Made by a program: the position numbers and the translations under genes
Shown here: one piece after another, positions 8,778 through 18,366 of the stretch
Layout: each line of letters opens with the position of its first letter
Position numbering within the stretch: the first letter of the stretch is position 1
Notes under the pieces: generated by a model
Databases searched by the model: none
The model's input: the letters and a program-made list of their open reading frames with translations, nothing else
What the model was told of the DNA's origin: nothing
Source of the DNA: an uncultured archaeon
GTDB taxonomy: Archaea > Aenigmatarchaeota > Aenigmatarchaeia > QMZP01 > QMZT01
Length of the DNA: 64,000 nt
Direction: 5' to 3'
NCBI GenBank assembly: GCA_964347025.1
Contig: CAYFWU010000001.1
Location: 26,081-90,080 of the forward strand

Positions 8778-9977
8778 TTAAATAAACTCTTCTTTTAAGA
8801 ATTTTTCAATCTTGTTTATCATCTCGTTTGAAAGGTTAAGCTTTATTTCCCTCGTCCTTCCATACCTTCCTTTGGATATCACACGCGAATTCACGATGCC
8901 GAACATATCAAGCTCAGAGATGAGATCCGAAACCCTTCTCTGTGTTAGTGTCTTCAGGCTGTTTCTGTTGCAGGCCTGGGTATAAACATCAAAAACATCT
9001 CCTGTTTGGATGTTCTTCCTTCCTTTGTGGGTCAGTTCTATTATAGAGAGGAGGACGCATTGGGACTGTCTTGGTTGGGTTTTTGTTATTTCTAGGGTTT
9101 TGTCTGTGTCTAGTTTTTTCTCTGCGAGATCAACATGTTCTTTCAAAACCCGTTCATTTCCCATCCTTTCTGCGACTTCACCAGCAACCCTTAACAGATC
9201 TAATGCCTTCCTTGCGTCTCCGTGTTCCTGCGCAGCCAGGGCAGAACATTTCTCTATTACTCCGGGTGAAACCACTCCAGGGCTGAATGCCATTTGTGCT
9301 CTTTCGTTGAGTATGTCTCTCAGTTCAGAAGCATTGTAGGGAGGGAAAACGGCCTCTTCCTCCGAAAGGGAAGACTTGACCCTAGGATCAACATCATTAA
9401 TAAAAGATATGTTATTTGATATGCCTACTATTGTTATCTTGTTTTTCTCAAGTTCTTGGTTTATCCTTGTTAGGTTGTAGAGTATCCCATCACCAACCTT
9501 TTTAACTAGGGTATCTATCTCATCCAATACCAGCAAAACGTTTTCTTCTCCATCTTTCAATAAGTTAAAGAACTTCTTGTAGAGGCTGTCTGTAGGCAAA
9601 CCTGTATAAGGGACATCAACGCCGAAAAATGATATTAGCTGTGAAAGTAAACGATACTCTGTATCAGACACCCTTCTCATTTTACAGTTTACATAAATCG
9701 TCTTCAACTTCCCGTTGTCCTGATTAAGGTTGAGGTTCTTCACTATATGGCTCATACATAAGGATTTCCCAGTGCCTGTTTTCCCATAAATAAAAACGTT
9801 TGAGGGTTTCTCGCTTCTTAACAGAGGAGCAAGGATCAGACCAAGTTGTTTTATCTGTTCTTCCCTATGAGGTATGTTCTCTGGTGTAAAGGCTATTGAT
9901 AGCGTGTTTTTGTCTTTGAACACCCCTCTCTTTCCTCCATAACCCCCAAATATATCATTCAAAGAAATTTGAGCCAT
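8778..9977 (-). CDS. cdc6: Orc1/Cdc6 replication initiator
   Basis: FTPENIPHREEQIKQL precedes the Walker A motif GKTGTGKS. Walker B is VLVLDEID. A C-terminal winged helix is present. Length 399 aa. Confidence 0.9.
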   Translation of the reverse strand: MAQISLNDIFGGYGGKRGVFKDKNTLSIAFTPENIPHREEQIKQLGLILAPLLRSEKPSNVFIYGKTGTGKSLCMSHIVKNLNLNQDNGKLKTIYVNCKMRRVSDTEYRLLSQLISFFGVDVPYTGLPTDSLYKKFFNLLKDGEENVLLVLDEIDTLVKKVGDGILYNLTRINQELEKNKITIVGISNNISFINDVDPRVKSSLSEEEAVFPPYNASELRDILNERAQMAFSPGVVSPGVIEKCSALAAQEHGDARKALDLLRVAGEVAERMGNERVLKEHVDLAEKKLDTDKTLEITKTQPRQSQCVLLSIIELTHKGRKNIQTGDVFDVYTQACNRNSLKTLTQRRVSDLISELDMFGIVNSRVISKGRYGRTREIKLNLSNEMINKIEKFLKEEFI

Positions 9978-9982
9978 ATTAT

Positions 9983-10154
9983 TTCCATATGAAATAAGGG
10001 TTTAAATTCTTTTCTTTTCTTGAGTTAATACAACCCCAACATTTCTTATGGAAAGCCTACTTAAATTTCCACTGGAAACAGTATTACAGTGTTATATTAT
10101 AACTAATAAACATATTTTTCTTTGGCTTTCCACTTCCACAAGAAACAGGGGTGG
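9983..10154. other. probable chromosomal replication origin (oriC): four ORB-like elements around an AT-rich unwinding stretch
   Basis: The four elements are ttccatatgaaataagggtt (9983-10002, +), ttccataagaaatgttggggttg (inverted, plus-strand 10031-10057), ttccactggaaac (10067-10079), and ttccacttccacaagaaacaggggtgg (10128-10154). They match the archaeal ORB core TCCAnnGGAAA plus a G-string. The AT-rich stretch is 10080-10127, and the locus lies immediately upstream of cdc6. Confidence 0.6.
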
Positions 10155-10157
10155 TAT

Positions 10158-11333
10158 CTACCTAACTTTTAATTTTTTACTCACCCCTTCTACCCTGTTC
10201 ATTGCCTCTTCAATCTTCTCATAAGAGGTCGCATAAGAACATCTTATATACCCCTCCCCACACCTTCCGAATTCTGTTCCCGGGACAGTTGCAACCTTAC
10301 CTTTTTTGATTAACCATTTTGAGAAAGCCAAGGACTTCATACCGAAGTTTTTTATGTTTGGGAACGCGTAAAAGGCTCCTTTGGGCTTTACACATGAAAA
10401 ACCAGGGATTTCATTTAACCTTTTCGTGATCAGTTTCCTCCTTCTGTCATACTCCTTAACCATTTTCTTTACAGACGACTGCGATCCCTTTAAAGCCTCG
10501 ACCGCGGCGAGCTGCGAAACCGTTGGGGCGCAGATAGATGAATATATATGAACCTTTTTCATTGCATTTATCAGCTCCTCTGGGCCTACTGCATATCCTA
10601 CACGAAACCCCGGCATTGCATATGTTTTTGAGAAGGACTGTAAAGTTATGACGCGACCCCCCATACCGTTGAGTGACCCTATCGATATGTGTTTTTCGTC
10701 ATCATACACCAGCTTTTCGTATGCCTCGTCCGACAGAACGATTAAATCATATTCACAGGCGAAATCCGCGATCTCCTCCAGAACCTTCCTCTTGAACACA
10801 ACACCTGTTGGGTTTGATGGGGAATTTATTATCATGACGTTCGTTCTTTCAGGAATGATAACCCTTTTGGCTTCCTCGATGTTAAACTGAAAACCATCCT
10901 TCTCACAGTGGGGGATGGAGAGAGGCATGCCGTTCAGGATCTCGACAACTGGCTTGTACGCAAGAAAACCAGGATCAGGAATTAGGACACCTTCCCCTGG
11001 GTCGATCGTGCATATGAGATTCAAAAGAATGGCCTCTGTCGAGCCGCAGGTAACTATAACATGATCTGGAGAAACATTTATTTTGTTGTCCATCTTAAGT
11101 TTTTTTACAATCGCTTCTTTCAGTTCACTCCTCCCTCCAGGAGGAGAGTAATGAGTAAAACCCTCCCTCAGCTTTCTGCAGGCGAAATTTATAATGTTTT
11201 TAGGGGAACCAAAGTCAGGCTCTCCAGGACCCAGAGAAATTATCCCCTTGCTTTCTGCAGCGATCTTGATTAGATCACCAATGGTTGAAACAGGAAGTTG
11301 CATTTCCCTCTCAGAAACATCGATCTTTACCAT
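10158..11333 (-). CDS. class I/II PLP-dependent aminotransferase (aspartate/aromatic aminotransferase-like)
   Basis: The PLP-lysine region SFSKTYAMPGFRVGYAVG. 391 aa with typical fold-type I spacing. Confidence 0.8.
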   Translation of the reverse strand: MVKIDVSEREMQLPVSTIGDLIKIAAESKGIISLGPGEPDFGSPKNIINFACRKLREGFTHYSPPGGRSELKEAIVKKLKMDNKINVSPDHVIVTCGSTEAILLNLICTIDPGEGVLIPDPGFLAYKPVVEILNGMPLSIPHCEKDGFQFNIEEAKRVIIPERTNVMIINSPSNPTGVVFKRKVLEEIADFACEYDLIVLSDEAYEKLVYDDEKHISIGSLNGMGGRVITLQSFSKTYAMPGFRVGYAVGPEELINAMKKVHIYSSICAPTVSQLAAVEALKGSQSSVKKMVKEYDRRRKLITKRLNEIPGFSCVKPKGAFYAFPNIKNFGMKSLAFSKWLIKKGKVATVPGTEFGRCGEGYIRCSYATSYEKIEEAMNRVEGVSKKLKVR

Positions 11334-11372
11334 AATTATTATTTGGTCTGGGAATAAAAATTAATATACAGA

Positions 11373-12779
11373 GTGGATAATATTCTTATGAGCAAAATTG
11401 ACTACTTTTTCAACCCCAGATCCGTTGCGATTATAGGCGCTTCCAGGGACCAGAAAAAAATAGGACACATTGTTTTCAGGAACTTTATAGAAGGGAAGTT
11501 TAAGGGGAAGACATTCCCTATAAACCCCAAAACAAAAAAACTACTTGGAAGAAAATGTTACGCAAGTGTAAGGGATATAAGAGAAAAGATAGATCTTGCG
11601 GTGATATCAATACCAGCGAAACTGGTTCCAAGGGCCTTGGAGGAGTGTGGGAGGAAGAGGATCCCTGCGGTTGTTATAGTTAGCGGGGGGTTTAAGGAAG
11701 TTGGTGAAAACGAGTTGGAGAAGAAACTGGAGGGCATCGGAAAAAAATATAAGATGCGTGTTGTTGGACCAAACTGTCTTGGAATTTTTGATCCTTCCAC
11801 AGGAGTTGACATGATATTCCTTCCCAGATACAAGCTTGAGAGACCGAAGGAGGGGGACATAGCGTTTGTCACACAGTCGGGTGCTGTGGGCTCTGTTGTT
11901 CTCGACTGGATGGCAAGAAAGGGATACAAGATTTCAAAGTTTGTTTCGTACGGAAACGCTGTTGATGTCGATGAAGCAGATCTCATGGATTATCTGGCAA
12001 AGGATAAGAAAACCAAGGTTATATGTGCGTATTTCGAGGGGGTGAGGGAAGGAAGGAAGTTCCTAGAAGTAACAAAGAAGATATCTGGCATAAAACCCAT
12101 AATAATTTTAAAGGGCGGGACAACAGATGCAGGAACAAAAGCAATATCTTCGCATACGGGATCCCTCGCCGGATCCTTTGAGGTATACACCGCGGCATTC
12201 AAACAGGCCGGTGTTCTGCAGGCAGATGATATGGAAGAGCTTTTTGGTTTCGCGAGGACACTGTCCACACTTCCAAAACCAAAGGGAAAAAATGTTCAAA
12301 TAATAACAGATGGAGGGGGGTTTGGGGTCTTGCTTTCCGATAACATAGTTGAGAACGGGATGGAACTGGCGAGAATGAAAAGGGAGACCAGGGAGGGACT
12401 GAGCAGGGAAATGCCCTCATATGTTGTCTTGAAAAACCCCATAGACCTAACCGGAGATGCTGATGTTGACAGATACAGGAAGACCATAGAAGCCGCTCTG
12501 GCAGACCCAAACGTCGATATAATAGGCCTTATCGTTTTGCTCCAGGTTCCCAGGCTTGGAGGGGATATCGTACAGACCATCACCAATGCATTCAAAACAA
12601 GCGATAAACCCATTTTTGTGATCTCGGCTGGCGGGGAGTACACAGAGGTTCTTAAAAAATCCTTGGAAGATTTCGGTATCCCGACTTTTTCTTACCCGCA
12701 GAATGCAGCAAGGGCCATGCGTGTCTTATACGATTTCAGTCAAGAGGCGGAAGAGTACAGGAAGAGGAAAGGAGAATGA
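11373..12779 (+). CDS. ADP-forming acetyl-CoA synthetase alpha-like subunit (CoA-binding plus CoA-ligase domains)
   Basis: Motifs SVAIIGAS...KIGH, a PNCLGI-like loop (VGPNCLGI), and a 468-aa length typical of ACD alpha. Confidence 0.7.
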   Translation: MDNILMSKIDYFFNPRSVAIIGASRDQKKIGHIVFRNFIEGKFKGKTFPINPKTKKLLGRKCYASVRDIREKIDLAVISIPAKLVPRALEECGRKRIPAVVIVSGGFKEVGENELEKKLEGIGKKYKMRVVGPNCLGIFDPSTGVDMIFLPRYKLERPKEGDIAFVTQSGAVGSVVLDWMARKGYKISKFVSYGNAVDVDEADLMDYLAKDKKTKVICAYFEGVREGRKFLEVTKKISGIKPIIILKGGTTDAGTKAISSHTGSLAGSFEVYTAAFKQAGVLQADDMEELFGFARTLSTLPKPKGKNVQIITDGGGFGVLLSDNIVENGMELARMKRETREGLSREMPSYVVLKNPIDLTGDADVDRYRKTIEAALADPNVDIIGLIVLLQVPRLGGDIVQTITNAFKTSDKPIFVISAGGEYTEVLKKSLEDFGIPTFSYPQNAARAMRVLYDFSQEAEEYRKRKGE

Positions 12780-14104
12780 AAAGAAAGGTTATAATAATGG
12801 GAGCCGCAGGTAGGGACTTCCATAACTTTAACGTGTTTTTTCGTGATAGGAGAAACTACGACGTTGTATGTTTCACGGCAGAGCAGATACCGAACATCTC
12901 TGGAAGGAGGTACCCAAAGGAACTTTCGGGCAGGCTCTACCCAGAAGGAATCCCTATATACCCTGAAGGCGATCTTCCAAAACTGGTGAAAAAACATAAT
13001 ACCGATTTGGTAGTACTCGCTTATTCGGATCTGTCCTATGAGAATGTAATGCACAAGGCAAGCCTAATCAATTATTTGGGAGCAGATTTCGTATTGATGG
13101 GAAGCAAAGCAACAATGCTGAAATCCAAGAAAAATGTTATCTCGGTATGCGCTGTCAGGACAGGGTGTGGGAAATCCCAGACCTCTCGGAAGATATCTTC
13201 CATTCTGAAAGAAATGGGATACAGGGTGGTAATTGTCCGGCACCCAATGCCCTATGGTGATCTAAGAAAACAGAAAGCACAAAGATTTGCCGACTACGGA
13301 GACCTCTACAGACACGAATGCACGATAGAAGAAAGAGAAGAATATGAGCAGCACATTAAAAACGGTTTCGTCGTCTTCGCTGGCGTGGATTACGGGAAGA
13401 TACTTAAGGAAGCGGAGAAGGAGGCAGATATAATACTCTGGGATGGTGGAAACAATGACCTGCCTTTCTACAAACCCGATCTGCACATAGTGGTCGCTGA
13501 TCCTCATAGGCCCGGGCACGGGTTAAGATATTATCCTGGTGAAACCAACCTGAGAATGGCGGATGTTGTTGTTATAAGCAAGGAGGGCACGGCGAAAAGA
13601 GATGACATAAGAACGGTTCAGAACAACATCAAAAAGGTAAATCCTAAAGCAAAGATAGTTCATGCTGTCTCAGACTTCATAACAGAATACCCAGGAGACA
13701 TAAAAGGGAAGAGCGTCCTGATAATTGAGGACGGGCCAACACTTACACACGGTGAAATGTCGTATGGGGCAGGATGGGTCGCCGCCAAAAAATTTGGAGC
13801 AAAAACCATAATTAAACCGGAGAAGTATGCAGTAGGATCGATAAAGAGGGTGTATGAAAAATATACACAGATCAGAGAGGTCCTCCCCGCACTCGGTTAT
13901 GGCAGAAAGCAGATCAAAGAACTTGAGAAAACAATAAATAGGACACCCTGCGATCTGGTGATAATTGCAACGCCCATGGACCTTGCAGAACTGATTAAAA
14001 TAAACAAGCCGTCTGTTTACATAACGTATAATTTAAGGGAGAAAGGAAAACCGGACCTGAAGGACATTTTAAACGAGTTCCTGAAAGGAAAGAAAAAGAC
14101 CTAA
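12776..14104 (+). CDS. Rossmann-like plus P-loop-like protein of unknown function (DUF1611 / cyclic-2,3-diphosphoglycerate-synthetase-like?), translationally coupled to the ACD alpha gene
   Basis: 4-nt ATGA overlap with the upstream gene. N-terminus KVIIMGAAGRDFHNFN is Rossmann-like. CAVRTGCGKSQT is a P-loop-like stretch. No ATP-grasp motifs of an ACD beta subunit. Confidence 0.3.
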   Translation: MKRKVIIMGAAGRDFHNFNVFFRDRRNYDVVCFTAEQIPNISGRRYPKELSGRLYPEGIPIYPEGDLPKLVKKHNTDLVVLAYSDLSYENVMHKASLINYLGADFVLMGSKATMLKSKKNVISVCAVRTGCGKSQTSRKISSILKEMGYRVVIVRHPMPYGDLRKQKAQRFADYGDLYRHECTIEEREEYEQHIKNGFVVFAGVDYGKILKEAEKEADIILWDGGNNDLPFYKPDLHIVVADPHRPGHGLRYYPGETNLRMADVVVISKEGTAKRDDIRTVQNNIKKVNPKAKIVHAVSDFITEYPGDIKGKSVLIIEDGPTLTHGEMSYGAGWVAAKKFGAKTIIKPEKYAVGSIKRVYEKYTQIREVLPALGYGRKQIKELEKTINRTPCDLVIIATPMDLAELIKINKPSVYITYNLREKGKPDLKDILNEFLKGKKKT

Positions 14105-14742
14105 ATCATCTTCTCTATCTTCTTGACTTCTTCAAGGGGAGAACATATCGTGATTATATCCCCTTCTTTTATCTTGGTTTCCGGTTTTGGTATAAGGAGT
14201 TTATCACTCCTGTATATGAAGGCTATGGTGAACCCCTTTGCAATATCTACAACGGCTTTGTTTGTAAATTTCGAATCCTTGCTTACACTTACCTCGAAGA
14301 CTTCACCCTTACCTTCAGCCACTAAATTGATCAGCTGTTTACCTGGTTTTTCCAGAGCTTTCTTAAAGGCAAGTGTTGCCGTGTTTGTTGTATTGATGAG
14401 ATTCGTGATACCTATCTTTGTGAATATCCCTTCATTGTCTGACTGGTTTATCCTCGTTATAATATTGGGGACGTTAACACCCTTCGCCACCTCACAGACC
14501 ATCAAATTCGTCTTGTCGTCCGACGTGACGCTAACGACGGCGTCAACATTCCCTATGTTGGCATCCTTAAGAATGTTTTTATCTGTTCCGTCCCCGTGCA
14601 GAACAAGGGCATCAAGTTTTTCAGCCAGCTCTTCTGCCAACTTTTCATCCTTTTCTATGACGACCACATCATGCTTTTCCTTTATAAGCAATCCGGCCAA
14701 GGCCTCACCAATCGCTCCACCACCGACGACAATGATCTTCAT
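14101..14742 (-). CDS. trkA: TrkA-type K+ transport NAD-binding regulatory protein (TrkA-N plus TrkA-C)
   Basis: N-terminus MKIIVVGGGAIGEALAGLL is a Rossmann fold. A C-terminal TrkA-C-like domain is present. Length 213 aa. Confidence 0.8.
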   Translation of the reverse strand: MKIIVVGGGAIGEALAGLLIKEKHDVVVIEKDEKLAEELAEKLDALVLHGDGTDKNILKDANIGNVDAVVSVTSDDKTNLMVCEVAKGVNVPNIITRINQSDNEGIFTKIGITNLINTTNTATLAFKKALEKPGKQLINLVAEGKGEVFEVSVSKDSKFTNKAVVDIAKGFTIAFIYRSDKLLIPKPETKIKEGDIITICSPLEEVKKIEKMI

Positions 14743-14780
14743 TTTATCACTTAATATATAACGGGTGTAGTTAATAACCT

Positions 14781-15254
14781 TTACCAGACAATTACCCTCA
14801 GTTTGACCAGTTCGTTATTTTCGTTCAAAACACCCAACCTTTCTATCTCCGCCTTCTCCGTGCCTGCTGGAATGGTGTAGCCGCAGTCCAAAACATAGGT
14901 TCCAGATTCTGAGGTCAAGGTTATGTTTATATTATGCATCCTATCTCCGTACTCTGTTTTTTCTATCAGATCGAAGTCCCTTCTGAGTTGCGTATAACCG
15001 CCATTACAATATGTTGCGTTAAAGTTTCTGATCTTGCTTATGTTGAAAAGGGATGGACCCTCGACAAGGGAGATGGAGGACTTATCGTTCCCCAGTATCT
15101 CTGATATTTGTAATGCCTTGCTTTGCAACTTATCCATATAGAATTTCCCACGAAAATCAGAAACATTTGCATTCAAAAAATTCATTGCATAAAGAACGAT
15201 AGCAAAAAATATTATGCCTGCAATGAGAAACTCAAAAACAAACTGACCTTTCAT
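14781..15254 (-). CDS. archaeal type IV pilin-like protein (class III signal peptide)
   Basis: N-terminus MKGQFVFEFLIAGIIFFAIVLYA is a short basic KG followed by a hydrophobic helix, the prepilin-peptidase-type signal. It is divergent from the paralog array. Confidence 0.55.
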   Translation of the reverse strand: MKGQFVFEFLIAGIIFFAIVLYAMNFLNANVSDFRGKFYMDKLQSKALQISEILGNDKSSISLVEGPSLFNISKIRNFNATYCNGGYTQLRRDFDLIEKTEYGDRMHNINITLTSESGTYVLDCGYTIPAGTEKAEIERLGVLNENNELVKLRVIVW

Positions 15255-15321
15255 AATAATTTTTTCTTTTGAACCATAATATAATTAATACCTTTTTATT
15301 TGAAACTGCCAAAATATAATT

Positions 15322-16278
15322 ATGAGACGGGTTTTGTCCTTGATGCTGTTGATGCCCATGTTAATGGTCTCAGGTTGTGTAATACCAGGAACAGACTTTA
15401 GGATACCAATAATTTCTGATCTCTTTGGTCCGCCCATTGAGGAATTCAGGCACGATGTCGTTTTCATACAAAGTTTGCAGGCAATACCTTCACACACCAT
15501 AAGATCCGGTCAGGCCCTAACCTTACGGGCTTACGTACAAAACCTTCAGAAACCAGAGAGCGACCCACAGAATGACGTGGAAATCGAATTGTACGATGAT
15601 TGTGGGATATTTGATGTCAGAAAGAGCATATGCACAGGCGGGACTTTCCAAGGAGAAACGAAATGCAAAATTACGAAGATGTATCCGCAGTCCACAGCGA
15701 TAGTTGACTGGAAGATGACGGCAAAGCCAATGAAGATAAAAACACCCTGCGATGTCGGGGTTCTCGTGAAGTATACTTACACAACTCATACCACATCTTC
15801 GGCAAGCTTTGTTAATCAGGAGGAACTGGAAAACCTGATAGCACAGGGTAAACAGTTCAGCGAAAAGGGAATGATAGTTGTTGGTGAGGGCCCTGTCAAA
15901 TCATACATAGAGGTTCCGGACCAGCCGATAATGGTGGACATCAGGGGAGGCGATGGAACAGGAAAGGGCATGATGACGTTCTGGGTAGAAAACAAGGGAA
16001 AGGGAGAACTCGAGGGCAACAAAATAATCAAGGATAACATAGACATAGAGTGCGGAGACCAGGTGACTGGTTGCGAAAACTGCGAGAAAAAGATAGACGA
16101 AGATGGCCTGCAGCTCATCGGAAGAAGCTCTCCAAAATTCTCATGTGAAATAGAACCAAGAAACAAAGGATTTATAACACAGGAGAAAACATATCAACTA
16201 ACCTCGAAAATAACCTATTCTTACAAATTCACCAAAAAGATCAAACTGACGATAGAACCAGAGATCAAATTGGATTGA
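15322..16278 (+). CDS. secreted lipoprotein, paralog 1 of a four-gene tandem family (two beta-sandwich CARDB-like domains)
   Basis: Signal peptide plus lipobox MVSGC. Shares the family C-terminal block KITYSYKF...LTIEP and the central THTTSSASFVNQEELENLI block with paralogs 2-4. Confidence 0.5.
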   Translation: MRRVLSLMLLMPMLMVSGCVIPGTDFRIPIISDLFGPPIEEFRHDVVFIQSLQAIPSHTIRSGQALTLRAYVQNLQKPESDPQNDVEIELYDDCGIFDVRKSICTGGTFQGETKCKITKMYPQSTAIVDWKMTAKPMKIKTPCDVGVLVKYTYTTHTTSSASFVNQEELENLIAQGKQFSEKGMIVVGEGPVKSYIEVPDQPIMVDIRGGDGTGKGMMTFWVENKGKGELEGNKIIKDNIDIECGDQVTGCENCEKKIDEDGLQLIGRSSPKFSCEIEPRNKGFITQEKTYQLTSKITYSYKFTKKIKLTIEPEIKLD

Positions 16279-16328
16279 ATATTGAGAGCAAATTAAGTTT
16301 ATAAGCGTAACTGGTCAAATATTTAAAG

Positions 16329-17300
16329 ATGAAGAGAACAGCTTTCGGAAAGAACGCGAAGTTCTTTTTGCTGTTATTTATTGCTGCAGGTCTAACTGTG
16401 ATTTCTGGTTGTACACTGCCCGGTATAGGGCCGAGTACAGGGGGAGGACAGGGAGTTGCTGTTGACATCTTTCAGCCAACACTTGGACAGACAACACCCA
16501 TAGAATCAGACGAACCAGTGAGTTTCCATTTGGAGGTTATTAACAGAGGAGACTACAACAACGCTCCAGCAGTTGCGGAACTTACAGGAATAGACACGAC
16601 AGAATGGAACGTATTCGGAGATGTTTACAGGGACCTTGGCCTTTTGCTTGCCCCGGATCCAGAGTCGCAGACTGAGGGGGGAAGAGGAAGAGCTGACTGG
16701 GATGCAATAACACCGACACTTGCCAGAAACCAGAAGATGACTTACGAACCTATCGCAAGGGTTTACTATTACTATGAAACACACGTAACAAAACCCGTAT
16801 GGTTTGTGACATCAGAAGAACTGAGAAGGGTCGTACAGGGAGCAGGAACCCTAGACAGCGAAACGACAACACCATGGAACGGACCGTTAACAGCCACGGT
16901 TGACACAGGAAATTTCGTTAAGGCAAGGGACTGGAGAGAATCAAAATTCCAGCTCCAGATCAGGATAGATAACACCGGTGGAGGACAGATATTTGGAAGG
17001 GATTATCCAGTTGCCGTTGAGGTAATATGGCCAGATGGTGTTATACCAGTTGGTGATTGCCCGAGACAGATCCAGTTCGGATCAGGGATTTATGAAAACT
17101 TGCCACCATTCCTGTCAACACCTGCATTCGGAAGGTTTGTCAGGGTTTGGAATGGTCAGTACACAGACATAACATGTGAATTCCAGGTGACAAATCCACC
17201 AACAAACAAGGTTAAGAAAAACTTTGAGGTAAAGCTTGGCTACATATACTACGTGGATGCAGCAAGTCATATAACAGTTAAAGGGTTCGAGGAATTCTAG
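16329..17300 (+). CDS. secreted lipoprotein, paralog 2 of the tandem family
   Basis: Lipobox VISGC. Motifs VINRGD (CARDB-like N-x-G), LLAPDPESQTEGG, YYYYETHVTKPVWFVTSEELRRV, IDNTGGG, and KLGYIYYVDAASHITVKGF. Confidence 0.5.
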   Translation: MKRTAFGKNAKFFLLLFIAAGLTVISGCTLPGIGPSTGGGQGVAVDIFQPTLGQTTPIESDEPVSFHLEVINRGDYNNAPAVAELTGIDTTEWNVFGDVYRDLGLLLAPDPESQTEGGRGRADWDAITPTLARNQKMTYEPIARVYYYYETHVTKPVWFVTSEELRRVVQGAGTLDSETTTPWNGPLTATVDTGNFVKARDWRESKFQLQIRIDNTGGGQIFGRDYPVAVEVIWPDGVIPVGDCPRQIQFGSGIYENLPPFLSTPAFGRFVRVWNGQYTDITCEFQVTNPPTNKVKKNFEVKLGYIYYVDAASHITVKGFEEF

Positions 17301-17351
17301 GGGTTTCCATTCATTACCTCTTTTTATTTATTTTTAGACAATTATATAACT

Positions 17352-18335
17352 ATGAATAGCCAAAAAATTATAGTTTCATTTTTTGTTTTGTTCTCTTTAA
17401 TCCTGGCCTCAGGATGCGTAATGCCTGGCTTACCATTTAATTCTCAGACACCAGTAGGAACAGGTATCGTGATTGAAAGCTTCAGGACAGACCCAGAATT
17501 GAGCGAGGTATATTCTAACGAGGAGATAAAGTTTATTCTAAAGTTTAGGAACACAGGGACGGTAAAAGTAGAGAACTGTTATGCAGAGGTTCTTGGTTTG
17601 GACCAGATGTGGAAGGGAAAAGATGATGCAAGGAAAAACCCTAGTAATCAGGAGGTTTTCCCGTATGAGAGGGAGTGCCAGTATGACCAGAGAGGAAGCT
17701 GGATAGTCCTGTTACCGCCAGATCCATCAACCGGAATAGAAGGTGGGGATCACATATGCACATGGGGCTACATAGCTCCGGATGTCCCTCCAGGTATCCA
17801 CGCTGATTACAAACCGAGGGCTCGCGTTTTCTATGATTACAAAACACATGTTGTGAAAACAATAACCCTTGTCCCACAGGACGAGTTAAGGGTGATCCAG
17901 AACCAGGGGAAGAGCCTTCCTGTAGAAACAACCAGCGAATCTGGGTCCCCGATATCCCTGGATATTGAGACCAGAAGTCCCATAAGAACCTATGGGAAGA
18001 GTATGACGTTCCCTATGGTCATCAAGGTAGAAAACATTGGAGGAGGAACGGTCTGCTCAAACAGTGAAAATTGCAGGAAATATGCCGAAGGGGGTGCTCT
18101 ATGGAACCAATTCAGACTAACCATAGAACTTCCCGATGGCATGGGTTTTGAACAGGGGAGCTGTACCGGAAACGAGGATGTCTATTTGGTCATGGGAAAG
18201 TCGCAGACGATTTCCTGTAAGGTTCAGGTTCACACCATACCAGAAAGGCTGATACAGAAGAACATAAGACTTACAGCTGAATATGGTTACTTTATAGACA
18301 AGACCATCGAAATAAGGGTTCTCCCAAGCGGATAA
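17352..18335 (+). CDS. secreted lipoprotein, paralog 3 of the tandem family
   Basis: Lipobox LASGC. Motifs FRNTGT, LLPPDPSTGIEGG, FYDYKTHVVKTITLVPQDELRVIQNQGKSLP, VENIGGG, and TAEYGYFIDKTIEIRV. Confidence 0.5.
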   Translation: MNSQKIIVSFFVLFSLILASGCVMPGLPFNSQTPVGTGIVIESFRTDPELSEVYSNEEIKFILKFRNTGTVKVENCYAEVLGLDQMWKGKDDARKNPSNQEVFPYERECQYDQRGSWIVLLPPDPSTGIEGGDHICTWGYIAPDVPPGIHADYKPRARVFYDYKTHVVKTITLVPQDELRVIQNQGKSLPVETTSESGSPISLDIETRSPIRTYGKSMTFPMVIKVENIGGGTVCSNSENCRKYAEGGALWNQFRLTIELPDGMGFEQGSCTGNEDVYLVMGKSQTISCKVQVHTIPERLIQKNIRLTAEYGYFIDKTIEIRVLPSG

Positions 18336-18366
18336 AGATAAAAGCATCGTATTTCAATATAAAATT

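Noticed and set aside
12108-12643. Stack of overlapping minus-strand ORFs (63-115 aa)
   Set aside because: All lie inside the ACD alpha gene on the opposite strand. They are frame artefacts.
14123-14761. 212-aa ORF on the plus strand
   Set aside because: It is antisense to the well-supported TrkA gene. This is a spurious open frame in AT-rich DNA.
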